A model generated the notes under the pieces. The model saw only the letters and a program-made list of their open reading frames with translations, did not search any database and was not told where the DNA came from. A stretch of DNA of 64,000 bases from the human T2T-CHM13v2.0 reference genome, Homo sapiens: the NCBI RefSeq assembly GCF_009914755.1, contig NC_060926.1; one strand, 5' to 3'. Shown here piece after piece: positions 1 through 15,119 of the stretch. The first letter of the stretch is position 1; each line of letters begins with the position of its first letter. The translations under genes were made by a program, and so were the position numbers.

Positions 1-2200
1 GGAAGAGATATTTTTTACAACTTCTTGACACCAGTAGTCACAAAGTGATAATGAGAATTTATAAAAATTTATCAAAAAATGAAAATGTCAGGCAATGCTT
101 GACTGTATTGAGAGACCTATGGATTTTAATTGCAGTTGGTAAAACTTGAATATAACTAGCTGATTTTCCACTCACCATGGTGGAGGCAAAAAAAAGCAAA
201 CAAACAAAAGGAGGCATCCTTTTAAGTAATTGATACAATTTATGGTGCTTATTACCAACTTCGAGCCATTTACAAGCTCTGAAAAAAATTAGAGCCACTG
301 ATCAAGAATATATATCCCAAGGCTATATAGCTAATATACTAGCATAATCAATTCTTTTAAAATTGCTGTTTAATTTCAATGCATATATGCTATTCACTAA
401 AATACAAATGTAATTTTTAACTATCACACAAGATATCAAAATTGATTTTACATTTTTATTTTAAAGTTTTCATTAGGTGTTCATTGACTGTAAGACTGAG
501 TGTCTATTAGTCATAAAATTCTCAGCTGAATGTATCCTAAAATATAATAAATTATTATGTGCCACTTTACTGCTAATATTTTCAAATCCAAGTTTGTATA
601 ACACACTCTCCAACTTCTTTTTAAAAGCTACAAAAACTATGTCACAGGCAGAAACACTAAAACCAGATTCTAAGTATTTTCAAAGGAGACAAATGGCAAA
701 TGCACATTTAGCTCACAAGCAGAAGACCTCTCTTAATTTATTCAACAATTAAATTTGTTAGATACTACACTGGTAGCTAAGAATGTTCCCGACCTCACAG
801 GGCTTAATCTAGTTCTCTCCAAAAATTTTAATCACAACTTTGGTAAATCCTGTGACATATAGATTTATTTTTTACCCTCAACCATTGTTTGTATTATGAT
901 TCTCATTATATTAAAATAGCATTTGAAGTTGACATTTAATTGTTCATATTATACATACCAAATAGACAAAATAAATATTTTGATTTGTCAATATTTGATT
1001 TTGTCACTTTTTAAAAATATTTTTTAAAATTAACCTCATATGTACATCAAATGAAAAACAAAATAGATATTATCTTTAGAAGGGAAAATGGTTTTTCAAT
1101 TCACTTTATGACCGAAGACTTCATATTTTAAATTATTCTAGGTCATTTTAAAAACAAATGTTCTCATCTGTTCCCCTTTACTATTTATACACCTTCTAGA
1201 TCCCACCCCACAGGTTGGCAGGAATTTGCATGGCTGTGTTGTTGGAGGGAAGTATTCATGCTGCTAGAGTGGAGCATGAATGAAAGGGTGTGTCCAGGGA
1301 TCTGTAAAAATGTTTTTCTTGAACAGTATTGACTATTCTTTAATGCCAGTTGAGTCATGCAAGATCATGCACTTCCAGCACAATGAAGGGAATAGTCTCT
1401 GTTCTCCATCTATGTTAATTTGAGTGGATTTTGAAAACCAGCCACCTGTTTTTCTCTACCTGTTCATCACAAAATTATATTTTGCAATCAGATTAACCAT
1501 AATACCGAGATGTAGATAGAAATGATTTGTATACAACTATTACTACTGCTTATGTCAGTGGGCAAAATGGGTTATGCAAAATGGGCAAAATGCAAAAATG
1601 CATTTTAACACCCCTCCCTTTGTCTTATAATTGTCAATGAATGCCTCCTGATCTGATCCTACCATCACAAGGAAGTTCCTTAAGGACAGGAAATACATGT
1701 TACTTGTATATTGTAATATTCCTAATATTTAGCAAATATTTCTACATTTAATAAGCACTAAAATTTGCAACAGTAGAAACAAAATGTGCCAATTCTCCAT
1801 TTAATGTTCTGATAAATTATTCAGCAACTCACAGTGTACAGAAGAAAGACACTGGAATTATATCACTGATAGGTTAGATTACTGTTACCAACTCTGCAAC
1901 TTGTTGACCTTGAATGAACATGTTTAATAAGTTCCTTTTATCCAGAAGTAGGATTACTTGATCATATGATAGTATTATTTTTAGTTTTTTGAGAAACCTC
2001 CATACCATTTTCCATAATGGCTGTACAAATTCATATTCCCACCAAAAATGTACAAGAGTTCTCTTTTCTCCACATCTTAGATAATACTTGTTATTGTTCT
2101 TGTTTTTGATAAAAGATATTCCAAGAGGTGTAAGGTAATATCTCATTGCAGTTTTAATTTGTATTTCCCTAATATTTAGCAATGCTAAGTATTTTATCAT

Positions 2201-2562
2201 TGTATTAGTCTGTTCTCACACTGCTAATAAAGACATACCTGAGACTTGGTAATTTATAAAGAAAAGAGGTTTAGTGGACTCACAGTTCCACATGGCTGAG
2301 GAGGCCTCAAAATCATGGTGCAAGGTGAAGGAAGAGCAAAGACGTGTCTTACATAGTGGCAGGCAAGAGAGCACGTGCAGGGGAACTGCCCTTTATTCAA
2401 CCATCATATCTCATGCAACTTATTCACTATCACTAGAACACCACGGGAGAAACCCATCTCCATGATTCAATTACCTCCCACTGGGTTCCTCCCACGACGT
2501 GGAAATTATGGGAGCTACAGTTCAAGATGAAATTTGGGTGGGGACACAGCAAAACCATATCA
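2201..2562 (-). mobile_element. THE1-type MaLR solo LTR
   Basis: TGTATTAG...AAACCATATCA termini, 362 bp, perfect 5-bp TSD ATCAT (2196-2200 and 2563-2567). Confidence 0.9.
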
Positions 2563-3236
2563 ATCATTTATATATGGGTTATTTGTAGGTCTTCCTTTTG
2601 AAAAATGTCTGTTCAGATCCTTTGCCCATTGTTTAATCAGGTCATTTGTTTTCTTTCTATTGAGTTACTTGAGTTCCTTATATATTTTGGATATTAACCC
2701 TTTATCAGATGTATAGTTCGCAGTTATTTTCTCCCATTCTGTGGATCATCTCTTCACTTTGTTAAATTGCTTCCATTGCTGTGTGAAAACTTTTTAGTTT
2801 AATGCTATGCCATTGGTCTATTTTTGCTATATTTTCATTTATTTGTGTTTTCTTTAATTTATTTTATCACCATTATATAGTTTTCAGTATACAAGTGAGT
2901 TACCTTCTTGGTTAACTTAACATCTAAGTATTTAATTATTTTGTTCCAATTGCAAATGGGATTGTTTTCTTAATTTCCTTTTCAGATAGTTTGTTATCAG
3001 TATATAATAATACTCCCTGTTTTTGTATGTTGATTTTATATCCTGAAACTTTAGTGAATCATTTTATCAGTTCTAAACAGTTTTTCAGTAGAGTCTTTAG
3101 GGTTTTCCATTTAAAACATTGCATTATTATCAAATAGGAACAATTTAACTTCTTACTTTTCTATTAAAATGTTATTTATTTCTTTCTCTTGGCTAATTTC
3201 CCTGGCTAGGGCTTCCAGTACTATATTGAAAATGAG

Positions 3237-3670
3237 GGCTGGGTGAGGTGGCTCATGCCTATAATCCCAGCACTTTGGAGGCCATGGTGGGTGGATTACT
3301 TGAGCTCAGGAGTTGGAGACCAGCCTGGGCAACATGGCAAAACCCTATTTCTACCAAAAATACAAAAAATAGCCAGGCATTGTGATGGGCACTTGCAGTC
3401 CCAGCTGCTCAGGAGGCTGAAGTGGGAGGATTGCTGGAGCCCAGGAGGTGGAGGTTGCAGGGAGCTGAGATTGCACCACTCCACTCCACCCTTGGCAACA
3501 GAGTGAGACTCTGTCAAAAGAGAGAGAGAGAGAAAGAGAGAAAGAGGGAGAGAGAGAGAGAGAGAGAAAGAAAGAAAGAAAGAAAAGAAAGAAAGAAAGA
3601 AAGAAAAAGAGGAAAGAAAGAAAAAAGAAAGAAAGGAAGAAAGAGAAGGAAAGAGAAAAGAAAGAAAAGA
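3237..3670 (+). mobile_element. Old Alu (AluJ-like) whose tail expanded into (GA)n/(GAAA)n
   Basis: Dimeric Alu body to ~3516, then a purine microsatellite at 3517-3670. Confidence 0.9.
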
Positions 3671-3964
3671 AGTGGTGAGAGTATCTTTGTCTTCTGATCT
3701 TAGAGAAAAAGCTTTCAGCTTTTCACCATTGAGAATGATGTTAGCTACAGATTTGTCATGTATGGCCTATAATGTCGAGGAACATTTCTTCTATACCTAA
3801 TCTGTGAGAGTTTTTATCATGAAAGAATGATGACATGCTCTTTCTACATCTATTGAGATGATCATATGATTTTCATGCGTCATTTTGTTCATGTGGTGTA
3901 TAACATTTATTTATTTGCATATGTTAAACCATCCTTGCATCTCAGGGTTAAATCCATTGATTGT

Positions 3965-4316
3965 TGATGTTGTTTGAATCTGTGTCCCTACCTGAATCTC
4001 ATGTCGAGTTGGAGAAGCAGCCTGGTGGGAGGTGATTGGATCATGGACGCAGACTTCCCCTTGCTGTTCTCCTGATAGTGGTTAGTTTTCGCGAGACCTG
4101 GTGGTTTCAAAGTGTGTGGCACCTACTCTTCACTCTCTGTCTCTCCTGCTCTGCCATGGTAAGATGTGCTTGCTTCCCCTTTTCCTTCTGCCATAAAGTT
4201 TCCTGAGGCCTCCCAGCCATGACTCTGTACAGCCTGCAGAACTGTGAGTCAATTTTCTTCAGAAATTACCCAGTCTCAGGTACTTTTTTATAGCAGTGTA
4301 AGAATGGCCTGACACA
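3965..4316 (+). mobile_element. MST-type MaLR solo LTR
   Basis: TGATG..TTTGAATCTGTGTCCC start; AAATTACCCAGTCTCAGG...TATAGCAGTG end motif. Confidence 0.8.
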
Positions 4317-4486
4317 GTCATGGTAAATTATTCCTTTAATGTGTTATTAAATTCGTTTTGTTCAGAATTTTTGCATCTATGTTCATCAGGGATATTTGTC
4401 TGTAGTGATTTTTTACTTGTAGTGTCCTTGTCTGGCTTTGGTATTAGGCTAATTCTGGTCTGACAACATTAATTTGAAAGTGTTCG

Positions 4487-5173
4487 ATCATTAAAAAGTC
4501 AGGAAACAACAGGTGCTGGAGAGGATGTGGAGAAATAGGAACACTTTTACACTGTTGGTGGGACTGTAAACTAGTTCAACCATTGTGGAAGTCAGTGTGA
4601 CGATTCCTCAGGGATCTAGAACTAGAAATACCATTTGACCCAGCAATCCCATTACTGGGTATATACCCAAAGGATTATAAATCATGCTGCTATAAAGACA
4701 CATGAACACGTATGTTTATTGCAGCACTATTAACAATAGCAAAGACTTGGAACCAACCCAAATGTCCAATAATGATAGACTGGATTAAGAAAATGTGGCA
4801 CATATACACCATGGAATACTATGCAGCCATAAAAAATGATGAGTTCATGTCCTTTGTAGGGACATGGATGAAGCTGGAAACCATCACTCTCAGCAAACTA
4901 TCGCAAGGACAAAAAACCAAACACCGCATATTCTCACTCATAGGTGGGAACTGAACAATGAGAACACATGGACACAGGAAGGGGAACATCACACACTGGG
5001 GCCTGTTATGGGGTGGGGGGAGGGGGGATGGATAGCATTAGGAGATGTACCTAACGTTAAGTGACAAGTTAATGGGTGCAGCACACCAACATGGCACATG
5101 TATACATACGTAACAAACCTGCACATTGTGCACATGTACCCTAAAACTTAAAGTATAATAAAGAAAAAAAAAA
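4487..5173 (+). mobile_element. 5'-truncated primate L1PA (ORF2 end, 3'UTR, poly-A), antiparallel to its host L1
   Basis: MFIAALLTIAKTWNQPKCP...FSLIGGN stop, G-rich 3'UTR, poly-A, TSD AAAGTGTTCG / AAAGTTTTCG (4477-4486, 5171-5180). Lacks the L1Hs-Ta ACA diagnostic. Confidence 0.93.
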
Positions 5174-8100
5174 GTTTTCGTTCCATTTTGATTTTTTGGA
5201 AGAGTTGGAGAAGAATTGGTATTTGTTTTTTAAAAAATGTTTGTTAGAATTCATCAATAAAACTGCTTGATCCTGGGCTTTTTCTTTTTTATGGGAAGCT
5301 TTTTACTACTGATTCAATCTCACTACTAATTGTTAGTCTTTTCAGATTTTCCATTTTTATTATTTAATCTTTCTAGGTGTTATGTATCTGGAATTTATCC
5401 TTTTTTCTACAGTACCCAATTTGTCAACATATAATTGTTTATAGTAGTACCTTATTATCCTTTGTATTTCTTTAATATCAGTGGTAATCTCTCCTCTTTC
5501 ATTTCTGAGGTTATTTTTTCGAGTCTTCTCTCTTCTTTTTTTCCTAGCTAACCTGGATAAGGGTTTGTCTATTTTGTTAATCTTTTCAAAAAAAACTATT
5601 CTTAATTTTGTTGATCTTTTCTATTGTTTTTCTAGTGTCTATTTCATTTATTTCTGCTCTATTTGTCATTTCTTTCCTTTAACTTTGGCCTAATTTGTTT
5701 TTCTCTTCATAGTCTCTTGAGGTTTAACATTAGATTGTTTGTCTGAGATCCTTCTTTTTTGATATGGGCATTTATTGCTCTATATTTACCCAATAGGATG
5801 GCTTTTGATGCATCCCACAAGTTTTAGTACATTGGTTTTCATTTTCATTTTACTGAAGGCATTTTGTGACTTCCTGTTTTATTTATTCTGTGACTCATTG
5901 GTTTTTCAGGGAGGCATTGTTTAATTTCCACATATTTTTGTATTCTCTAAGATTACTCCTGTTATTGATATTTTATGCCATTGTGATCCCAAAAGATACT
6001 TGATATAATTTCAATTAACTTGAATTTGTAAAATTTATTTTGTGGCCTAATATATTTTCTATTCTGGAGAATGTTTTGTGTGCAAACATGTATTAAAGGA
6101 AGCACCAATACAGCTTTCAGCAGAAAGTATAATTTAAATCCAATGTTTATTTATTGATTTTCTGTCTATATTATCTTTTCATTGTTGAAAGTACTGAGCT
6201 CCTCTACTACAATAATATTGCAGTCTAGCTCTTCCTTCAGCTCATTTAATAATTGCTTGACATATTCAGGTGCTCTGATGTGTAGTGTGTATTTATTCAC
6301 AATTGTTATGTCCTCTTGGTGAATTCATCCCTTCATCATTATGTAATCACCTTGTCTGTTTTATAATGTTTTACTTCAATACTATTTTATCTAAGTATAA
6401 ATTACCCTACCTTCTTCAGATTTTTATTTATATGGAATTATTTCCCTTCCTTCACCTTCAGTCTGTGCGTCCATGTTAGTAAAGTGAGTCTCTTGTATAA
6501 AGTATATGGTTGGATCTTTTTTTTTAATGCATTCAGCAACTCTGTGTCTCTTTATTGGAGATTTTAATCCATGCACACTTAACATAATTATTGATAGGTA
6601 AATACTTGCTACTGCCACTTGGTAATTTGTTTTCTTATTGTTCTGATTGGTCTTTTGGTATTTCTTTTTTTTCCTCTCTATCTTCCTTTGTGACTGTATG
6701 GTTTTTGGTAGTGGTATGCTTTGAATCCTTACTTTTTATATATTGTGCAACCGCTGTAGGTTTTTGCTTTGTGGTTATCATAGGCTTATTACATAAAGCA
6801 TCTTATCCTTATAGCAGGTTACTTCAAGCTGCTAACAACTTTAATTTCATTCAGAAACTCTACACTTTCACTTCTTCCTCTCCCAAACACTTTTTCTGAT
6901 TTTAATATCAAATTTTTACATTTTCCTTTCTTTTATAATTTGTTTCTCAAAAGCAATTTATTGTGACCTTAGTTGTTTAAAATGATTTTTTTTTCTTTTA
7001 ATCTTCATGGTGTGGATACAATTGTTTACATACCACTCTTGCAGGATTAGAGAATTCTGAGCATGACTACGTATTATTTATACCATTGAATTTTCCACTT
7101 TTGTATGTTTTTGTTATTAACTGGTAGCCTTAAAGAACTTCCTTTCACAATTCTTTTAAAGCAGGCATAGTGATGATGACCTGCCTTAGCTTTTGTTTGT
7201 CAGGGTAAGATTTTATTTCTCCCTCAGTTTGTAAGTACAACTTTACTGGGTAAATTATTATTGGTTGAAAATTTTGATTGTTTGTTTGTTTGCTTTCTTA
7301 AGCACTTGAATACATCATTCCACTCTCTTCTGGCCTGCAGGATTCCTGCTGAGAAATCTGCTGAAAGCTGTATTGGTGCTTCCTTCAATACGTTTCTTAC
7401 CTCTTGCTGTTTTCTTTGTCTTTGATTTTTGGTAACTTGATTGAGATATGTCTTGGTGAACTCCTCTTTGAACTGAATTTTATTGGCCACCTGAGGGCTT
7501 CCTGTGCTTGGATTTTCATCATCTTTCCATAGATCTGGTGAATTTTCAGCCAATATTTGTTAAATATGTTTTCTAGGCCTTTCTTTTCTTTTGTTTTCTG
7601 GAACTCCTGCTATGTGAATATCACTTCACTTTACGGTGTCCCGTAATTCCTATGGTTCTTTATTCTTTTTCATTTTTTCTCAAAAAGAGATTGAATAATT
7701 TCAAATGTCCTATCTTTGAGCTTGATGATTCTTTCTTCTGCTTAATCAAGTCTGCTGTTGAAGCTTTCTATTGAATTTTTCAGTTTAGTTATTGTATTCT
7801 TTACCTCTAGGATTTCTATTTTTAATTGTTACTATGTCTTTTTCAAAAAATTCTCATTTTGTTCACACATTGTATTTCAAATTGTATTTACATTTCTATA
7901 TTTTTTTTATTTCCCTGAGCTGCTTTGTAAGGATTATTTAAAATTCTTTGTCAGTCATTTCATAGATCTTCATTTCTTCTAGGTACATTATTGGACCTTT
8001 ATGGTTTCTTTTGTGGTGCCACATTTTCCTGATTTTTTAATAATTCTTGTGTCCTTATGTTGATGCCTGTATATTTGATGAGACAAATCCTTCTTTCAGC

Positions 8101-8799
8101 CTTTGTGGACACTCTTTGGTGGTAATAGTTCTTTACTATTTAGTCTAGGCTGAAAATTCTAGATGAGTTGGCTGGTAGCAACACAAGGCAGAAAGATGTT
8201 GGTGTCAGATTTTCTGGTTGAGCTGGGTCACTTCCTGTTCTCTGAGGTCTAATGATACGGTTGTCTATGCTCCATGCTCTGGTGAGACCTCTGGCTAAAT
8301 TCTGCTGTCAGGCAGAGTTGCTAGCTAGGCTCTGTGGTATTCTGTGACCAAGAAGGGCTGCAGGTTGTCCTCCCTGGTTAGGAGACACTGTTATTTGGAA
8401 TCTATAGTTGGGCAGAGTCATGTGCTGGGATCTGAGGCTAGGTAAGGTATCTCAGGTTGCTACTTAGCCACACAAAGTGGGCAGGGTGAGAGGCAATGCT
8501 CTGTATATATGATGAACTTGGGCTTGCTTTTCTGCCTCGGATAGGCTTAAATAGAGCACAAAGGCTTGGTGGAGTTGCTGCTCAACAGCTGGGGTTGGAT
8601 GTGTACAGATGTGCCCTCTTCACTTTATCACTGACTTGAAATTGTCTCCAGATGTGAGAAAGACTTAGCTAAACCACAAAGGCTCTGTGAGGAAGCTGGC
8701 TAGGGACTCAAACCTGGTAAACCTGTGAACTATGATTCCTGCAATGTGATATCATTGGCTGGTCCTCTAATATGGCACCTTTGTTGACCAGAATGCAGA

Positions 8800-9705
<906 letters not shown>

Positions 9706-10118
9706 CTAACCAAGCTGGCCTCATTTTTAAATGTAAGTTTAATAGTTGTAAATGCATACTACACAGAAAACTATCATTTAAAAGATAAATAAAGTATATT
9801 TTTCGTGGAAGAGCTTTGATATGGCATTTCAAACTTTCTTTGGGCAAACATAAATCTAATTTATCCCTCCAAGTATAAATGATTCCATTTCTAAGCCATT
9901 CCAGAAAACCCTTTCCCAATGTATTTCTGTGTTAAATAATTCTCACAACTATGAAATTTCCTTCTAAATCTTCATTTCCTCAGGTTAGTGGCCGCTAGTG
10001 TAATATATGGATACTATCTGCTGCTCCTACCTAGGCATCTTACACCTTATATAAAAAATGTATACATACTGTTGTGAAAAAGTAAAAATACATAAATAAT
10101 CTCCTTAAAGCTGTTAGA

Positions 10119-10219
10119 CCTGGGAGGCAGAAGTTGCAGTGAGCCGAGATATCGTGCCACTGCACTCCAGTCTGGAAACAGTCTTGTCTCAAAAAAAAAA
10201 AAAAAAAAAAAAAAAGAAA
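10119..10219 (+). mobile_element. Heavily 5'-truncated Alu (3' end of right arm plus poly-A)
   Basis: CCTGGGAGGCAGAAGTTGCAGTGAGCCGAGAT... then an A-run; TSD CTGTTAGA at 10111-10118 and 10220-10227. Confidence 0.9.
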
Positions 10220-10702
10220 CTGTTAGAGATGGAAGGGAAGGGGAAAGAACTGCAAATGGGACCTAGAATGGCAGCAAGAACCCAGGGAATTTTAGCAACC
10301 ATTTTGTTTCTCTTTCATAAACTGCAGGATTTTTCTCTTCATGCATTTCTTAACAACAATTTTCTCTGACTTCTAAAAATTTTAGCTTCATTTTGTCATA
10401 ATATGATTCACATGTATGGCAGTTTTTTGAGTTCTGATCTTTTTCTCAATTGGCAAATCATTTCCATACTTCTGACTCAGTGTTGTAAGAGAGAGAACCT
10501 GGCTGGATAAGCTCACTTTATTCCACCAGTCCACATTTAAGGCCAGTAGCCAGTCTAAGGAAGGCTACCACTGGATCCCTGAGGCAAAAGAAGGGTGAGA
10601 TCACAAGCTCTAAAATTGATTACCTGTGCAAACAATAGAGATAGCTGCTTCCAAGAACAGACTTTGCCCAGTGGTCATCAGCTCTAATAAAGACTTCATA
10701 TT

Positions 10703-11011
<309 letters not shown>

Positions 11012-11792
11012 TCATATTTATTTTCTCCATCTCTCTGATTTACAAACTAAAATTTGCCTTATCTCTTCCTACTGAAATAACAGAAAAATCACACTTACTA
11101 ATAGGTGGGAGACGTAGGTACAAAAACAAATCTCTGCAATTGAACAATTACAATGTAACTAAGCTTTCCACAGAAGATTTTACTCAAAAATAATTTTCTG
11201 GAATGTTACTATAGTTGTGTTATAACTATACGTCTATAAAGGTAAGTGGAAAATTAAACTGAGCCAAAGTTAATTTTGAAACTATCAGATAATCAGAACT
11301 GAGCTGGGAATAAAGTTATTAAATCATGTCCCTCAATCCTTCAAAAAATATCAGCCAATAAATAAGAACTTTGGTTTGACATTGCTTATATTAAAGTGAA
11401 CATTCTGGTCCTAATTAGCTAACAGTAAACAATGCTCCAATCAAACAGTTCTTTAATTTCAAGAATGTAATAAATGTTATACAAGTTCCAAGGAGATGAT
11501 ATCACCTTTTTCTTATATAACTAAAAATAACCTGTAAACTTAATCTTGCCTTTGGATAATTAATGATTCCCAGACACATACAGAACAGGAGAGAAAGGCA
11601 CAGCTGAAGGGGATAATAGTATGAGTAAGAGTAAAGCAAAGGTGAAAACGGATAATGCCAGTTGAGATACTGCGAAGACATGGAACAAACCATTAATAAA
11701 GTGTTTTAAAAGTTGGTTTGTAGTAGATTAAGCCCTTGATATACAGGATGTATGGATAGAAATGTGTAAAATACACTGCTCATAACAATCTA

Positions 11793-12178
<386 letters not shown>

Positions 12179-12179
12179 T

Positions 12180-12314
12180 CATATATATATATATATATTA
12201 TATATATAAAATATATATATATACACACAAACACATATATATACATATATATACATATATACATGTATATACATATACATGTATATATGTATATATATGT
12301 GTGTATATATATAT
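12180..12314. repeat. Compound (TA)n/(TACA)n/(TG)n microsatellite
   Basis: Directly visible. Confidence 0.95.
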
Positions 12315-12321
12315 GAACTTA

Positions 12322-12430
12322 GTTTTCACAATAATCTTTTGATATAGATGTTATTGCTATTCTCCATTTTACAAATGAGGAATTTGAGGCAAAGTGATTA
12401 AATGACTTGCCCAAGCTCAAATAGCTAAAA
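12322..12430 (-). mobile_element. MIR fragment
   Basis: CCATTTTACAAATGAGGAA..TGAGGC...TGACTTGCCCAAG core. Confidence 0.75.
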
Positions 12431-12981
12431 GAGAAAGTTAAAACCAAAAATATCTTATATGCTAATATCTACTTTTTGTCACTAAACCTACTTTTTCTAC
12501 CCTGTGTACTTTTCTCTTTTGTGTGTTTTAAGAAAATTAGCTACAGTCTGTAAAGAAATCAATTATATACATGTGAGTATGTGGAGCTATAGATGAGTAT
12601 GTTTCTATGTTAACTATTTCAAGAGCTAATGGCAACATGAAATCCAAGTTTGGCTTGGATTAGAACAAGCACAAACTTGTTGAACCTAAAATGTATATTC
12701 ATTATATTCATTTTTTAAATGCATTTGGAAAACTAATAAACAACAATTATTTTATGGGTAAATTTCCTAGTAAGCCATTTTAAACTCTGAAATGTTTTGA
12801 CTATCCAAGGCAACATTCAATATGCCATTTATTTCAAAGAGCATATAGTTTATAACTCCGAGTTGTTATTTATCCCCAGTTCCCACAGTTTATCCATTTG
12901 GAGACTACAAATTTGAATTCCTTTTTCAGAATTTAACTATGTTTTCCTTCATCTAGTTTATAAAATTGAGATCTATGGAAG

Positions 12982-13392
12982 TGTATTAGTTCTTGCATTT
13001 GTATAAAGAAATGCCTGAGACTGGGTAATTTATAAAGAAAAAATGTTTAATTGGCTCATGTTTCTGCAGGCTGCACAGAAAATATGGTGCTGGCATCTGC
13101 TCAGCTTCTGGGCAGGACTGAGGAAACTTACAATAATGGGGAAGGTAAGGGAGAGTGAGCATTTCACATGGCTGGAGTAGGAAGAAGAGAGATGGGAGAA
13201 GATGCCACACACTTAAACAACCAGATTTCATGAGAACTCTATCAGGAGAAAAGCACCAAATGGATGATGCTAAACCATTCATTAAGGACTCACTTCCATG
13301 ATTCAATCACCTCCCACCAGGCTCCATCTTCAACACCGGGGATTACCATTGAACATGAGATTAGGGTGGGGACGCAGATCAAAACCATACCA
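12982..13392 (-). mobile_element. MST-type (MSTB-like) MaLR solo LTR
   Basis: TGTATTAG...AAACCATACCA termini; perfect TSD GGAAG (12977-12981, 13393-13397). Confidence 0.9.
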
Positions 13393-14681
13393 GGAAGCTT
13401 CTTGTCAATTTATTCTTCGGAGGCCAACAATTTGTGATAAATACTAGTCTTAAAAATAAAATTAAAAAGCTGATTTTCATAAGAAAAAAAATCCTAGCAT
13501 TTTTTGTGGTGTCTGTTTATGATTGTTGAAAGGACTGATATAGAAAAGAAAACATCAAATGAATTATCAATTAGTGATTTTTTTCTCTAAATTTGCACTT
13601 AGCTACTAATATTTATTGATCTTGCCCTTTTGTCAGTCAAGTTCAGGGAGGTGGAGAAGCATACTTCCCGACCACTCCATTTAGCATCTTCAGGCACTAG
13701 AGCCCTATGTATTATTGATGTATTTTATTCCAATGATAGGCTAACACTCTTGGTTGAAAAAGTTTTCATTAATCAACTACTCATATACTGAATTTAACTG
13801 AAGCCTGGAGGCATCAAGATCCTAAAGAAACAGGATCACCATAAGCTTGCATAAAAACGTAGAGGTACTGACCTGTTCAAATGACAGTGGTTAGTAAATT
13901 AGTAGTTAATAGTAAATTAGTTTCATTTTAAATAAAATTACATTAGTAGTACATTAATGTTATTTTTAAACAATCTTTGAAATCTTTGAGTAATTGGTTT
14001 GGATTTTCCAAATGAAAGTTCTTTGCACATAAAAACTTCTACAACTTACTGAAATGTGATGGTTTTCCTTTGATTCAGGAAACTCTTCATGTGGTCTTTT
14101 CATGTTTTCATTGTCTCTAAGTTAACTCTAGTGGTCTAACTGACCCAAAAATTTCAGCAACTTTGAAAGAAACCACTGAAGTTTATATAGTTACATTAGA
14201 CATTTCTCTAAAGCCATTTCATTTCAAGCTATTTTAGCTGTATACAGTCACTTTCAAATGGCATATTTGTTTTCTTTTATCTTTCTTTGTCCTGTCAAAG
14301 GTCTTAATTACTTTCTAAGTGGATATCTAGTAATTAAATTATAATCTAATATTTATATGAAAGTTGAAGACTTTATTGCTTTAGACTTTCAATCTCCTGC
14401 AAAGATAAAAATCAGGTAATTTCTTTACCAAGTAACATCTGATTTGTATATGCAGTGTTTAATGAATATCATCTAAATGGTCTCTCAGGTGTTCATGCAT
14501 ACGTAAATCACCTAACAAGGAAAGCTTACTAGTGCTCAGCTACATTTGCAGTTTTATTCCAGAATTTTTTTCCTGGAATTTTTCTTCTAAGAGCAGACTT
14601 TGGGTCATATTTTCTTTATCCCATGAAATGTCATCAGAGGTGGCATGCCAATTACCAGTAGGAACAATTAAGAGTGGTCCA

Positions 14682-14980
14682 GGCTGGGCGCAGTTGCTCC
14701 CACCTCTAATCCCAGTACTTTGGGAGGCCGAGGTGGGTTGATCACGAGGTCAGGAGTTCAAGACTAGCCTGGCCAAGAGGGTGAAACACCATCTCAACTA
14801 AAAATACAAAAATTAGCTGGGCGTGGTGGCAGGTGCCCGTAATCCCAGCTACTTGGGAGGCTGAGGCAGAGAATTGCTTGAACCCAGGAGGCGGAGGTTG
14901 CAGTGAGCTGAGATCACGCCACTGCACTCCAGCCTAGGTGACAGAGCAAGGCTCCAACAACAACAATAGCAAAAAAAAAA
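14682..14980 (+). mobile_element. AluS
   Basis: Full dimer with a (CAA)n/A tail; TSD AGTGGTCCA (14673-14681, 14981-14989). Confidence 0.95.
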
Positions 14981-15119
14981 AGTGGTCCAATTCTCTGTAT
15001 CATCTTCACCTAACCTAGAGAACCCTAAAGTTAATATGACAGCAGAGCCTATTGAGTGACCCATAGTGATCTGTAGTGATATGTAGCATAAAGACAAAAT
15101 AAATCTCTGTTATTTTAAG

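Larger units (their letters stand above)
1935..8790 (-). mobile_element. Old, decayed LINE-1 (L1MA/L1MB-like) with internal deletions, split by THE1, Alu, MST and L1PA insertions
   Basis: Minus-strand ORF2 C-terminal remnant (IREIQIKTAMRYYLTP...[17 protein letters not shown]), endonuclease N-terminal remnant at 6424-6618 (GLKSPIKRHRVAECIKKKDPTI) and ORF1 remnant at 7224-7553 (PIQLSADFSAGILQARREWNDVFK). Ends approximate. Confidence 0.85.

Noticed and set aside
3422-3697. K/R/E-rich ORF (similar ORFs at 34699-35046)
   Set aside because: Translation of GA microsatellites
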